Shown here one piece after another: positions 35,739 to 46,990 of a stretch of 64,000 nucleotides of DNA; position 1 is the stretch's first letter, and each line of letters begins with the position of its first letter. This stretch comes from an uncultured Eubacteriales bacterium (GTDB lineage: Bacteria; Bacillota; Clostridia; Peptostreptococcales; Anaerovoracaceae). The stretch spans positions 472-64,471 of the forward strand of contig CADAEH010000012.1 in assembly GCA_902786855.1 (NCBI GenBank), given 5' to 3'. Made by a program: the position numbers and the translations under genes. Under the pieces are notes generated by a model. The model did not search any database. It was not told the origin of the DNA and was given only the letters and a program-made list of their open reading frames with translations.

Positions 35739-36034
35739 CTGGTTCCTGTTTACACAATAATCGCATCACAGTATTATTCTTTTCTTTTGTCTTCTGTGTG
35801 CAGGGCATTCTTATGCCTCATATCGTAGTTTACCATAGAGCGAAGTTTTTTTCACCCGAGGGCGCTGCAGAGAACTTTCATATGACAGATTCAATGGGAT
35901 TTTGCATTGTTTAAGTTTCAGTTAAGGTCCCGGCGTTATCTTTTGATTGTCAACAAAGACTAAGTTTTTCTTCATAAAACTAAATAGAATAACTCTATTT
36001 AACACTTCATAACAACTCCATATAAATCCTAAAG

Positions 36035-36073
36035 CAACAGCATGAAGACCATCTCGATTCTTCATGGCTGTTG
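36035..36073 (-). terminator. hairpin downstream of the giant adhesin gene
   Basis: A 14-bp stem (CAACAGCATGAAGA / TCTTCATG(G)CTGTTG with one bulge) lies 86 nt past the stop. The trailing sequence is only moderately U-rich. Confidence 0.4.
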
Positions 36074-36158
36074 TCGTTATACCAGTGTTCAGTTCACGAT
36101 TGTGTTATTCGCAAAGTATGAATGATCATGCGCATTCTCCGGCTGCGGGTTTGAATGT

Positions 36159-39100
36159 TTACTCGTGATCGCCTGTTTCATTGCGCTTTCTGCGGTAGAT
36201 GAATGCGCTTGCAAGGGCTCCTGATGACAGCATCAGGAGTGCGATCCACAGTCCGATGTAATTGCTGTCACCTGTCCTAGTTCCTCTGGACGGTTTGTCC
36301 GGATCGTCCGATTTCTTCGGATCACCCGGATCTTTCGGATCACCAGGGCCAGTTTCTTCTTTCCACTGTGCGGTAAATGTGTGATCCTCTGTCACTGTGT
36401 ACTTGTCGCCCGGCTGGTATTCTGAACCCTTCCAGTAGCTGAATTCATAACCTTTTCTGGTCGGAGCTGCGTGGATGTCGATGACTGTTCCGTATGGATA
36501 CATCTCAACAATGTTACTACCGCTTCCGTTGTACTCACCGCCGTTCAGGTTGTAGGTGATAGTGAACGTTTTGTCATATATGGTCGGTATGTACTTGTTG
36601 GTAACATTCATACCGTCTATCGCAGTGGTGTAGCCCTCGACATGATCCTCGAGCAAAGTATACTGGATCTCTTCACCGTCGCGATACTTCTGTACGCCAG
36701 TAAATAACCATCTCCAGTCAGCCGCCTCTGTCACAGTCCTGGATTCGACTTCATTGCTGCCGTCCATAAGGTGGACCGTGATGCTCCGCGGTCTCTTGCC
36801 TGCAGCATCGTTGTTGTCATCCCATGTCTTGGCACCGCTGATATCGACGGTCTCAGGTTCGTGCCTGTTGGTTATATTGAAGCCGTCAACACTTGCTTCG
36901 TAGCCTTCCGGTACATCTTCCCTGACAGAGTACTCGATCTCTTTTCCATTTTTGTACTTCTGCCATTTGCCGAAATCCCATTTCCATTCATCATCCGCTG
37001 TGACAGTCTTTGACTGGACCTCTTCTTCAGCTTTATCATCTTCATCTTTTCTATAGAGATGAACTGTGATGCTTTCCGGTCTGATCCTGTCATTGTCATC
37101 CGCATCCTCCCAGAACTTCTCGCCTGCGATAGGGATCATCTCAGGCTGATGTACTTTCGTCAGGATGTACGTTGTGTCCTGAATGCCGATGGTATCCAGT
37201 GATTCATAGCCAGGCACCGGATCATCAGTGACTGTATACTTGATCTTCGTGCCCCTCTTCATTGCCGGCAGATCGCTGAAGGTGCCGATCCAGTCATCAT
37301 CTGCTGTAAGTGTGATCTTCCTGCCGCGATACTCTCCGTCTTCAAGCAGTCTTACTTCGATCGACTTAGGGCGTATCCTGTCATTATCAAGCTTGTCGAT
37401 CCAGAGATTGCCGACAGTTACCTGGGTCTTGCCCGGTGTATATGAGTTGGTAACAGTAAAGCCCTTCTCAGCATCACCGGTGACTTTATACGTGTAGTCA
37501 GTGGCGGTGTCCTCAACTACTGTGTACTGGATAGGCTCTCCGCCCTCGTTCACAGGGACGTCTTTGAACGTGCACTCCCATTCGTCTGCAGCTGTAATGG
37601 TCTGATCACCGTATTCTTCGCCGTTTCCGAACAGATGGACATGTACGCTGCCAGGGCGCTTGCCGTCCTGATCATCGGCATCATCCCAGATCTTGTTGAC
37701 TCTTATATCGGTAGTCTTTCTGTCGTGAAGATTGAATATGAAGAATATGCCTCCGGCTGCATCTTCAAAACTGTTGCGTATTACATGCGACTCGTATCCT
37801 TCGATCGGGTCGACTTCTCTGACAGTATATTTGATCAGTTTCTTTCCATCCGAACCCTGGTCAGCAGTCATTGCATCAAGGTCTTCAAATATGCCGCCCC
37901 AGTCATTTTCCTTATTCAGCACCAGAGTGTTTCCGGTTCCGGTGATATCTCCAGGTTCATCTCCCTGTGTGCACAGCTCAACTGTTACAGATTCAGGTCG
38001 CATGCCGTCAGCGTCAAAATCGTCGCCCCACTTCTTGTATACATATACCTGAGTTTTACCCGGATCATACTTATTAGTCACTACAAAGCCTGCTTCTGCA
38101 TTTCCTTCGATCCTGGTCGTGAAATCTTCCACAGGATCTTCAGCGATGTTATAGACTATCTCGCTGCCGGTTTCCTCATCATATTTTGGCAGATGAGTGA
38201 ATTCCCACTTCCAGCCATCATCATATGTAACTGTTTTGCTGCCGGCTTCATTCCCGTCAGCAAGAAGAGTGATGTTTATTTCGTTAGGAATTCTCTGATC
38301 CCTGTCATCCATCCGGCCATTCTGGTCTGTCCAGATCTTTTCGACTTTGATCTTGATGTATTCGTTGGTATGGGTATGAGTGTTAGTGATCGTAAAGTTG
38401 TTCGAGCCTTCGCCGTCTCTGCTGATATCGTATGCGTAAGTAGTACGGCCGCTGGTGCCTGTGATGACATCAGTCAGTTCTTCCTCGACAGTATAGGTGA
38501 TCTCTTTATCATACTTATTGAACTTATCGAGTTTACTGAATGTATACATCCAGTCGTTAGAGGCGCTCAGTGTTACCGGTTCGCCGATCTCACTGCCGTC
38601 TGCGAGCAGCTTGACTGTGACCGAAGCCGGCCTGATGCCATCCCTGTTATCCTCATCATCCCATACCTTGTGGACCGTGACCTGCGTCTTGCCAGGCTTA
38701 TATGTGTTGACGATGGTGAAGCCTCCCGCTGCATCTCCGGTGATCTCGGTAATATAATTCTCTACCTCGTCTTCGGTGATCGTGTATGTGATCTCCCTGC
38801 CGTTTTCATACTTCGGAAGACCTGTGAATCTGCACACCCATTGCGATCCTTCATCAGCAGTTGCTGTCTGCACCTCTTTGCCGTCTGCCTTCAGGTGCAC
38901 AGTAACACTGGTCGGGCGATCCGATTCAGGATTGCTCTTATGTTTCCACTCCTTGTTTACGACGATCTTGATCTTCTCAGGTGTATGAGTGTTTCTGATC
39001 ACGAATCCCGCGGATGCATTGCCTTCCACTTTGTCCTCATATGAGCCCGGTCCGTCATGCCCGGTTATCACAGAATCATGCGCTTCTTCAACCGTGTAGG

Positions 39101-42100
39101 AAATTTTCTCTCCGCCTTTGGTCATGTCAAGGTCTGTGAATGAGCCTTCCCAGTTGTTCTTTTCAGACAAAACTAAGGTCTTGCCGGTCTCAGCATCATC
39201 GGCAAGCAGATTGACTGTTACTGAGCCAGGGCGTATTCCGTCCTGATCGTCCTCATCAGCCCACACCTTGCGCACATTGACCTGTGTCTTGCCAGGTGTG
39301 TATCTATTGCTGATCTCGCAGCTTATTGACCCGTCATCCTTATGTGATACCTCACCGACAGTGGTCTCATAATTATCTACCGCATCTTCGCTGACGGTGT
39401 AGCTGATCTCCTTTCCGTCTATGGACTTAGGCAGATCTTCAAATGTGCAGCGCTGCGTATCAGTGCCGGTATCCCTGGAGATCTCGGCCGTTATCTCATT
39501 GCCCTGCTCATCCTTAGCTGCCTCGCCGTCGGCAAACAGCCTGATAGTGATCTTGTCAGGACGTGCGTCTGTATTATTTTCATCGCTCCAGGTCTTGGTG
39601 ACATCGACCTTTATCTTATCTTCCGGAGCAGATTCATAAGTGTTGGATACCGTAAATCCTTCAGATGCGCTGCCGGACACCTTGCTCTTGTACTTACCGT
39701 CTCCACCGTCCCCGGAAATGATATCCGTCTCTTCTTCTCTTACAGAGTAATCGATGGTGTCTGTTCCCTTTACCGGGTCAAGGTCGGCAAAAGATCCGCT
39801 CCAGTTGTTGCTTCCCGACAGGGTCAGCTTCTTATCTGTATCCTCACCGTCGGCAACGAGGATCACATTTACGGAGTTAGGACGTACGCCTGCCTTGTCA
39901 TTTTCATCGACCCAGATCTTGTTGACATTTATGCGGATCCTGCCCGGAGCATATGTATTGACTACCGTGAAGCCTCCTGCAGCATCGCCTGTGATCTCAG
40001 TCTTGTAGTCTGCTACCTTGTCTTCAGTAACGGTATAGGTGATCTCTTTGCCCTTCTCAAATTTTGGCTGATCTTCAAAAGTGCATTCCCAGCTGCCAGC
40101 GGAGATCTCTTTCTGATCGACCTCTTTGCCGTTAGCCTTCAGATGAACGGTCACTGAATCAGGGCGGGCATCTTCATTGTCGCCTTGCCATTCTTTGCTG
40201 ACCCTGATATTGATCTTTTCAGGCTCGTGCGTATTGGTCAGATCGTAGCTGCCCTCCTGAGATGAATCTGTATACCCTTCCGGTACATCGACTTCACTGA
40301 CGCTGTATTTAATCTCTTTTCCGTTCTCATCCTTCTCAGGAAGATTGCTGAACGTCCATTTCCAGCCCGCTGCCGCAGATGTTTCCGCAACGCGCTCTTT
40401 ATCACCATTCATAGCCGGCTCTCCGTCAGCCATGAGTCTGACCGTTATCTTCTCAGGGCGTATGCCGTCCCGGTCATTATCGTCATCCCATGTCTTCCTG
40501 CCTGAGACTGTTGTCGTACCTTCCTTGTCTTCATGCCAGACATTGGTAATATCGTAGCCGTTTATATCTGAGGTGTATTTATCCTTATTCTCAAAGTCTT
40601 CAGGATATTCTTCTGATACTGTGTATTCCGCATCTTCGTCAGCGTTTTCATCAAGGCTGATCTCCCACGTCCATTCGTCCGAGCCTCCGAAGTCTGATTT
40701 CTTCAGTTCTACAGGTGAGCCTTCGATATCCTTTCCTTCAGAATCCTTGACATGGATCGTGATGCTGTCCGGACGTTTTTCTTCAGTATCGCCTTCCCAG
40801 ATCTTGCTTCCTCTTATGGTGTTGTCATCATCGCTGTCGATCTTGATCTTGATGTTGATGACATTGGCCATCAGTCTCCACATGTCAAGGATGCTGCCCC
40901 AGCCAAAATCATTGATGTCGTCCATGGTTATCGTCTGGGCTTTTTCCTTGGCAACACCCTTGAGTGTATCGAAGTCGATCAGGTCTTCCGGATCAGTGAT
41001 GCCGCCGATAGTAGGTATCGCTTTGGTCGGGATACTGATGAAGTTCTGCAGCGGATTATATGAAACAGGAATATCAAATCCTGTCAGATACTTGATGATC
41101 TGACGGATGATCTCGCTGCCGAGCTCTGCGCCCTTGAATTCAAGAGGGATGCCAAAAGCATACTTGCTGACTACATAGTCAGTTCTCCAGTTCTTGTCCT
41201 TGTTCTCTTCGTCTTTGCTTACCTTCTCTATGGCCATCATGAGAGGGCTTACAGAATCGAGTATGCTGAGATCGATCCCGAGAGTCAGCTGACTGATGAT
41301 GTCTACAGGATTCTTTCCTCCGTCAAGAAGGATATCGATCACGTGCGGCACTGAGAATACAGGGAACTCATAGTCCTTCAGCTCGCCGACATCGACACCC
41401 ATGTCCTGAGCCTTCTCCATCGCTTTAGGGTTAGGCTTGAACATCAGAACCACCCATACATTTTCCAGAAGGTCCTTATCATCAGCCCCGAGCTTGAGCC
41501 AGCGCTTGATCAGGTCGATCTCGAGGATCGCCTTGTTGGTGATCCTGACCTTTTTGCCGCCGTCGGACTCTTCGTATTCGACCATGTAACGTGTGACGTG
41601 GGCTCCTTCACTCTCGCCTGTCAGAGTCGAATCGTACGCCTTTACATGATATGAAACGCGGTTGGCCTCATTGATCTTTTCTTTTTTGTCCTCGTCGCTT
41701 AAGTCCTTATATTCCTGATCATTTTTGTCATATACGATGCGCTGTTCAGGCTCATAAGCAATATTGAGCTGCTCCATCAGCTTGTCGTAGAGATCATCCT
41801 TGGTGGCATTGAGTTTCTTGAGCAGTGCTTCGTAATTCGTATTGGCCGCATCCTTGATGTCATCAGGCAGGCATTCGAAATACTCGCTCTCCTTGAACTG
41901 ATCGATCCACTGTGTATACTCGTTCTGGCCTGCATCGATCTTGTCCTTCAGACCATTCATGAATTCAGCGATAGCGCTCTCTTCTTTCAGCTCACGGACG
42001 CGGTATGTTATGGTTTCCTCTTCGCCGTTCTTCTTTTTAGCCTTTTCAGGCAAAATGACGCTTGCCTTGTAACTGTCATCATTAGTAAGACTGACTATCT

Positions 42101-45100
42101 TGACTTTCTCCCACTTGTCCTTGTTGTCATCGCCTTTTGTCTTCTTCTGGATGATGACTCCTATGCTTTCAGGCTTATCCTTTTTCTCGAGATCGATTTC
42201 CCATTCCTTCTCTATCTCGAGAGTAAATGCATTGAGCTTATTGGTGATCACGAAACTGCCTTCGTCACCCATGCCCTCGTATGTAACGTCAAACGAGGCA
42301 TCCGTGTCTTCTCCGCTGTCATCTTTGACTGAGAAAACAGCAGAGTTCTTGTCCGCACCGTCAGCAGCATCGCTGTCGCCGGCATCATAAATGACCTTGC
42401 CGTCTTTATCCAGCTCGCGGACACGGTAAGTGCTCATGTCAGCATCTTCACCTATAAAGGTGCCGAACACGGTTTTCCAGTTGTTTTCCTTGCTGAGAGT
42501 CTCCGGCTCACCGACATTCTCCCAGCTGTCCCCGCTCTTGTGCTGCAGTACGACTTTGACACTTTCCGGCTTGAGTTTATCAAGCTCCTTGCCGTCCTTG
42601 TCCTGCCATTTCTTCTCAACGGAGAGATATCCTCTCTGCTTGTTGTTGATTATGAAGTCGCCGTTCTCGTCTCTTTCATATGACACTTCGAACGAGGTCT
42701 TTTCAAAAGTATTGTCGTCGATCTTGAATGATGCTCTGAATACCGGCTTCTCATGACCTGTATTATCCTCATCATCCGGTGCGAGCATGATCTTATAACT
42801 ATCAGGCGGCGCTGTATCAAAGTATGTAATGTAACGATATAATGCACCGTGTTCTGTGAAGTGGGTCACATATTCTCTGACTCTATAGTCTTCCGCTTTG
42901 AGCTCATCGGTTAACGGGATCTCAGGAAAACTGTTTTCCCATGAGTCAAGATGTGTCAGCCTCAGTCTGTTTCCGACCCTCTCCCATGTGACATTACCCG
43001 ATTTGTCTTCCACCTTATGCTGGAGCACTGCGTACACAAAATCCACGCGGTCCGGCCACTGGCTGTCCTCAGGGAATTCCCAGTTTTTCCTGACCTTGAA
43101 GAAGAGTCCCGTTCTCTTATTGGTTATGACCGTATGATGAGTCTTTTCATCTGCAGCATAGCTGACATCGTATGAGTACGCGTTGGTTTTCTCGTTTTCA
43201 GTTACTGTATACCTTGCTTTGTTGTGCTTATCTCCGTAATAGTGGACAGGTATCTGCTCACCCTGATCAAATACAGTATGTCCGTTACTGCTTTCCTCAC
43301 GGATCACAAAATTCCTGCCTGCTTCTATAACAGGGGCGAAGTCTGCCTTCCAGTTATTGGATGCGTTCAGCTCTATGGTTTGATGATGACTCAGGGAACC
43401 GGTTCCATCGTCCCCATACAGCCCAACCTTCACAGATTCCGGAGTGGCTGTGTCTGCATTACCTTTATAATCTTCCCACTTGATCTCAGCAGAGAATACC
43501 GTGCCGGCTTTGTTGGTGATTTTGACCAGACCGTCATCGGACATCGCGCCATAGGTGACAATGTATTCGATATCCAACGGTTTAAAATCTATTATCACCT
43601 GCAGCGTAGCCGTTGGATCTTTGCCATCACTGTCTTTATCGGTTTTATCAAGTACTAAATTGTCATCTTTGTCCAGCTCACGGATACGGTAATCAGTGGC
43701 ATTGGCCGCACCGAGATCTATCACCGGCTTGAAGTTCTCTTTCCAGGCGTTATTTTCACTGAGTTCGACAGTCTCTATTGTCTTCCAGGAGCCATCGCCT
43801 TGTTTCTTCTGCAGGACGGCCTTCACGATATCCGGTCTGTAAAAATCATCTCCGCCGTCATCCCAGATTTTCTGAACTGTAAAGACCTTTGATTTGATAT
43901 TGGTAAGAGTCAGTTCAGCGCTTCCATTTCTGACCGCTGCAAGCGCATTTTCATAATCCTCATCGCTGAGACCGGAATCCTCTTTACTGAGCAGGTCAAG
44001 CTTCGCCCTTGAGAATTCTCCGACAGGCAGGCTGATACTTACTTCTTTTCCGCTTGCATCACGGCCTGAGAGCACCCAGCCGCCATTCATGTATCCGTCC
44101 TTATGATCCTCCCGGATCTCAAGCACAGATTCTTCAGTGATCGTTAACGTATCTGACCAGCTGTTCTGAGGGGAAACGGTAAAGCTGTCGCTGATGCATT
44201 TGCCTTCCGGATCTCTGGTCATCTGCAGATTGTAGTCGAGCTTAAGGGACTCCGGAGCATCTGCTCCATCCGGCCATACTTTCCTGATCTTCAGATCACA
44301 TGTTTTGAGCCATCTTGCATACAGAGTCATGCTGCTCTTATTGACCGGAAGGTTGAAATTGAATAAATTGATACATTCTTTCTCCATGTACCATCCATCG
44401 AACAGGTATCCTTCTGCCACCGGTTCAGCTGGCTCTTCGATAGGCTGCCCGCCCGTGGTCTGTATGTCAGCCGGCGCCACGCCGTGTCCCTGAACATCAA
44501 AATGGACCGTGCAGTTGCCCGGCTCTATTTTTGCATATGCATTTTCCCTGCATCTGTCAGCACGTTTATCGGGATCACCGTGCTGCTCGACACCAAGCTC
44601 CTGGACTCCTTCGTTGGACAGTTTTCCGTAGGTCACCTTAGCAGTGTCATACAGGGTTATACTGGCCTTTCCGCCGGCGTCATCTCCGTGCCCGATAGCC
44701 TGGGCGGAGTTCATTCCTGCTGTTGCAGTGACAACGCCTCCGTTTATGATCACAGTTCCACCTGCCGCGCTGTCGCCGCCGCCTATACCGGCGCCGCCCC
44801 ACTGGCCTTTCTCAAACAGTGGTGCTATGAGAGCAGCTAAGATAGCCCCGTACTTGCCGGCCTCACCCGGGCTGTATACAGGAAGACCGGGATTAGGTAA
44901 ATTCTGTTTTATACTGTAAAAATCAAGGCTTTCGAGGTAAGACTTTTTGAGGCCGCCGCCCATAGCCAGTACAAGTCCGTCATTGATCGTTACTTTGCCG
45001 CCTCTGCCTTCTTCTCCCCCGCCGATCCCGGCTCCTTTGCCATATGACAATGCATAGACAATGCCGTTGTTGATAGTGACGTCTTCATTCGATGCATATT

Positions 45101-46880
45101 TTCCGCCGCCTATACCGGATCCTGAAGCACCGATCGCCTTGACTATGCCGCCATTTATTGTGATTTTAGGGCCCTTGATCCTGTATCCGCCGCCTATCGC
45201 AGCGCCCCATGCATCCCCTCCTGCAACAGCGGTCACATATCCGCGATTGATCGTGATATCACCCGGAGTTGCCCTCAGTGTATGGGACCACCCTCCTCCG
45301 GTACCTATAGCAGCTGCATAAACTTCCTCAGGAAACCCCTGGCCTTTGTGTCCTGCATATTCCACCTTTGCATAAACGGTGCCGTTGTTGATCGTAATAT
45401 TGCCGTTGGCCTGTCCGTTAGCACCGCCGATCGCTGCATCATGGTGCATACCACCGCCGGCAATGATTATGCCGCCGTTGATCGTGATGTCTCCGCACTT
45501 GTTCTCACCGAAATCATTGTCGCCGCCTATACCGGCATGCTGCATCTCAATTTCTTCTCCGTCTAACTTAAACTGAGGCTCAGGCTGACATATGAGTTCT
45601 CCGGTCTGGTTCTTCTGCCCATAGATCGTCAGAGATGCGCCTTCGCGAACACTGATTCCCTGCAGATACTCTGCTTTAACGCCGTCACAGATGATAATGT
45701 GCGTATTTCCTGCACTAACTACACCACGGTCCCGGCAATATACATCTTGATCTATTACGTACCAGCCTCCTGACAAATAGACATAATTGGAGTTTGTGAT
45801 ACGTCTAAAATTATGGCACTCTCTTGTTCGCCCGTTTTCATCAACGTATTCAATTACATCGCCGTACTGATCGCATGAGACCTCTATCTCATATGTGACA
45901 CCATCGGCTGTGACATAGAGCGTCTCTTTGCTGTCGAAGAAATCAGTCACCCGGACCATCCTGGCCCCGGTGATATCGTTAACATACGGCACGATCAGAT
46001 CCGGATCGCTGGAACTGACCTCAGTGACATCTTTCACTTCCACTTCCAGCTGAGCGCCTTCCAGGATATACCTGAGATAGCATTCGCCTTCATTTATGTT
46101 GTCTGGCGTGAACTGATAACTGACCCTTTCATATTCAAACACTACTGTATAGTAGGAGAATCCGGCTGTCTCAGCCACTACTGTATCGCCTTTCTTGTCT
46201 GTCTCGGCATCGAGTCTCTCGGCCGTCAGCTCGTTCCCCTTACTGCTCTCGGCGATGTGATAGATCTCCGCCTCGAGGTTAGGATTGGACGCATGGACGG
46301 TCTCAAAAGACACCTCAACCTTCCGGCCTTCAGCCGGCTGGATCTCACGTCCTTCTGCATCGAGGATCTTGATATCGAAAGTATATGAAAGCGCGATATT
46401 CTTATCCTCAGACTGTTCATCTTCCATAACCGCATCGACTTTTTTCTGTTCTTTTCTGCTGAGCTTTTTCACGCTGAGGACAGCATCTTCAGGGAAAACA
46501 CCTTCATCTGCCCTGACAGTAACGACAACGTCATCCACCTTTTCTGACATCACAAAACCGCCGGCATTACCGGATGTTCCAGGAGCTGTTGTCTCCGCAG
46601 CTTCAGCGGCCTCCGGATCGGATATGTCTGAGTCATCAGCATCAGACTCTTCCAGATCTGCATCGGTTACCTCACTCGCGCCATTATCGTCAGGCCCTTC
46701 TGCCTGCCCGGCATCTGCAGTCTCTTTTGCATCTGCAATATCGGAAGCCTGCGTCTGCATCTGCGTATCCGGTGCTGTATCGATCCCGGCTGTCGCAAAT
46801 ACATTGAGCGGCATCATGGTGATCGTCAGCATCACCGACAATACCATTGTAAATACCTTTGATGTCATCTTATATCTCAT
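36159..46880 (-). CDS. giant (3573 aa) cell-surface adhesin: signal peptide, acidic region, Gly-rich beta-helix-like region, Listeria-Bacteroides (Flg_new) repeats, SpaA/Cna-B-like domains, 14 canonical Cna-B repeats, C-terminal wall-sorting-type signal
   Basis: Signal peptide: MTSKVFTMVLSVMLTITMMPLNVFA. ITINGG..A.GG..GAGIGGG repeats are encoded at about 44650-45580. The motif W.D..D..G.RP.S(V/I)TV.L.ADG occurs 14 times across about 36590-40830. Flg_new motifs are present (GYLFDGWY; GYEFSYWKG...FTAQW). The C-terminus TRTGD + IGLWIALLMLSSGALASAFIY + RRKRNE is sortase-signal-like. Confidence 0.9.
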   Translation of the reverse strand: MRYKMTSKVFTMVLSVMLTITMMPLNVFATAGIDTAPDTQMQTQASDIADAKETADAGQAEGPDDNGASEVTDADLEESDADDSDISDPEAAEAAETTAPGTSGNAGGFVMSEKVDDVVVTVRADEGVFPEDAVLSVKKLSRKEQKKVDAVMEDEQSEDKNIALSYTFDIKILDAEGREIQPAEGRKVEVSFETVHASNPNLEAEIYHIAESSKGNELTAERLDAETDKKGDTVVAETAGFSYYTVVFEYERVSYQFTPDNINEGECYLRYILEGAQLEVEVKDVTEVSSSDPDLIVPYVNDITGARMVRVTDFFDSKETLYVTADGVTYEIEVSCDQYGDVIEYVDENGRTRECHNFRRITNSNYVYLSGGWYVIDQDVYCRDRGVVSAGNTHIIICDGVKAEYLQGISVREGASLTIYGQKNQTGELICQPEPQFKLDGEEIEMQHAGIGGDNDFGENKCGDITINGGIIIAGGGMHHDAAIGGANGQANGNITINNGTVYAKVEYAGHKGQGFPEEVYAAAIGTGGGWSHTLRATPGDITINRGYVTAVAGGDAWGAAIGGGYRIKGPKITINGGIVKAIGASGSGIGGGKYASNEDVTINNGIVYALSYGKGAGIGGGEEGRGGKVTINDGLVLAMGGGLKKSYLESLDFYSIKQNLPNPGLPVYSPGEAGKYGAILAALIAPLFEKGQWGGAGIGGGDSAAGGTVIINGGVVTATAGMNSAQAIGHGDDAGGKASITLYDTAKVTYGKLSNEGVQELGVEQHGDPDKRADRCRENAYAKIEPGNCTVHFDVQGHGVAPADIQTTGGQPIEEPAEPVAEGYLFDGWYMEKECINLFNFNLPVNKSSMTLYARWLKTCDLKIRKVWPDGADAPESLKLDYNLQMTRDPEGKCISDSFTVSPQNSWSDTLTITEESVLEIREDHKDGYMNGGWVLSGRDASGKEVSISLPVGEFSRAKLDLLSKEDSGLSDEDYENALAAVRNGSAELTLTNIKSKVFTVQKIWDDGGDDFYRPDIVKAVLQKKQGDGSWKTIETVELSENNAWKENFKPVIDLGAANATDYRIRELDKDDNLVLDKTDKDSDGKDPTATLQVIIDFKPLDIEYIVTYGAMSDDGLVKITNKAGTVFSAEIKWEDYKGNADTATPESVKVGLYGDDGTGSLSHHQTIELNASNNWKADFAPVIEAGRNFVIREESSNGHTVFDQGEQIPVHYYGDKHNKARYTVTENEKTNAYSYDVSYAADEKTHHTVITNKRTGLFFKVRKNWEFPEDSQWPDRVDFVYAVLQHKVEDKSGNVTWERVGNRLRLTHLDSWENSFPEIPLTDELKAEDYRVREYVTHFTEHGALYRYITYFDTAPPDSYKIMLAPDDEDNTGHEKPVFRASFKIDDNTFEKTSFEVSYERDENGDFIINNKQRGYLSVEKKWQDKDGKELDKLKPESVKVVLQHKSGDSWENVGEPETLSKENNWKTVFGTFIGEDADMSTYRVRELDKDGKVIYDAGDSDAADGADKNSAVFSVKDDSGEDTDASFDVTYEGMGDEGSFVITNKLNAFTLEIEKEWEIDLEKKDKPESIGVIIQKKTKGDDNKDKWEKVKIVSLTNDDSYKASVILPEKAKKKNGEEETITYRVRELKEESAIAEFMNGLKDKIDAGQNEYTQWIDQFKESEYFECLPDDIKDAANTNYEALLKKLNATKDDLYDKLMEQLNIAYEPEQRIVYDKNDQEYKDLSDEDKKEKINEANRVSYHVKAYDSTLTGESEGAHVTRYMVEYEESDGGKKVRITNKAILEIDLIKRWLKLGADDKDLLENVWVVLMFKPNPKAMEKAQDMGVDVGELKDYEFPVFSVPHVIDILLDGGKNPVDIISQLTLGIDLSILDSVSPLMMAIEKVSKDEENKDKNWRTDYVVSKYAFGIPLEFKGAELGSEIIRQIIKYLTGFDIPVSYNPLQNFISIPTKAIPTIGGITDPEDLIDFDTLKGVAKEKAQTITMDDINDFGWGSILDMWRLMANVINIKIKIDSDDDNTIRGSKIWEGDTEEKRPDSITIHVKDSEGKDIEGSPVELKKSDFGGSDEWTWEISLDENADEDAEYTVSEEYPEDFENKDKYTSDINGYDITNVWHEDKEGTTTVSGRKTWDDDNDRDGIRPEKITVRLMADGEPAMNGDKERVAETSAAAGWKWTFSNLPEKDENGKEIKYSVSEVDVPEGYTDSSQEGSYDLTNTHEPEKINIRVSKEWQGDNEDARPDSVTVHLKANGKEVDQKEISAGSWECTFEDQPKFEKGKEITYTVTEDKVADYKTEITGDAAGGFTVVNTYAPGRIRINVNKIWVDENDKAGVRPNSVNVILVADGEDTDKKLTLSGSNNWSGSFADLDPVKGTDTIDYSVREEETDIISGDGGDGKYKSKVSGSASEGFTVSNTYESAPEDKIKVDVTKTWSDENNTDARPDKITIRLFADGEAAKDEQGNEITAEISRDTGTDTQRCTFEDLPKSIDGKEISYTVSEDAVDNYETTVGEVSHKDDGSISCEISNRYTPGKTQVNVRKVWADEDDQDGIRPGSVTVNLLADDAETGKTLVLSEKNNWEGSFTDLDMTKGGEKISYTVEEAHDSVITGHDGPGSYEDKVEGNASAGFVIRNTHTPEKIKIVVNKEWKHKSNPESDRPTSVTVHLKADGKEVQTATADEGSQWVCRFTGLPKYENGREITYTITEDEVENYITEITGDAAGGFTIVNTYKPGKTQVTVHKVWDDEDNRDGIRPASVTVKLLADGSEIGEPVTLSASNDWMYTFSKLDKFNKYDKEITYTVEEELTDVITGTSGRTTYAYDISRDGEGSNNFTITNTHTHTNEYIKIKVEKIWTDQNGRMDDRDQRIPNEINITLLADGNEAGSKTVTYDDGWKWEFTHLPKYDEETGSEIVYNIAEDPVEDFTTRIEGNAEAGFVVTNKYDPGKTQVYVYKKWGDDFDADGMRPESVTVELCTQGDEPGDITGTGNTLVLNKENDWGGIFEDLDAMTADQGSDGKKLIKYTVREVDPIEGYESHVIRNSFEDAAGGIFFIFNLHDRKTTDIRVNKIWDDADDQDGKRPGSVHVHLFGNGEEYGDQTITAADEWECTFKDVPVNEGGEPIQYTVVEDTATDYTYKVTGDAEKGFTVTNSYTPGKTQVTVGNLWIDKLDNDRIRPKSIEVRLLEDGEYRGRKITLTADDDWIGTFSDLPAMKRGTKIKYTVTDDPVPGYESLDTIGIQDTTYILTKVHQPEMIPIAGEKFWEDADDNDRIRPESITVHLYRKDEDDKAEEEVQSKTVTADDEWKWDFGKWQKYKNGKEIEYSVREDVPEGYEASVDGFNITNRHEPETVDISGAKTWDDNNDAAGKRPRSITVHLMDGSNEVESRTVTEAADWRWLFTGVQKYRDGEEIQYTLLEDHVEGYTTAIDGMNVTNKYIPTIYDKTFTITYNLNGGEYNGSGSNIVEMYPYGTVIDIHAAPTRKGYEFSYWKGSEYQPGDKYTVTEDHTFTAQWKEETGPGDPKDPGDPKKSDDPDKPSRGTRTGDSNYIGLWIALLMLSSGALASAFIYRRKRNETGDHE

Positions 46881-46990
46881 AAAAACGTCTCCAAAAAGCT
46901 CGTTATAATATTTGTCAGAAAAATGGTCATATTACGTTTAATATATCATATTTTTATTCCTTAATGATAAACTGCTCTGCATTTTTACAG

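Noticed and set aside
37635-39044. 469-aa plus-strand ORF, and many other plus-strand ORFs between 36.4 and 46.9 kb
   Set aside because: They are antisense to the 3573-aa adhesin gene. Their low-complexity Ser/Ile/Phe/Pro-rich translations mirror the repetitive Cna-B and Gly-rich codons, and they have no RBS or independent motif.
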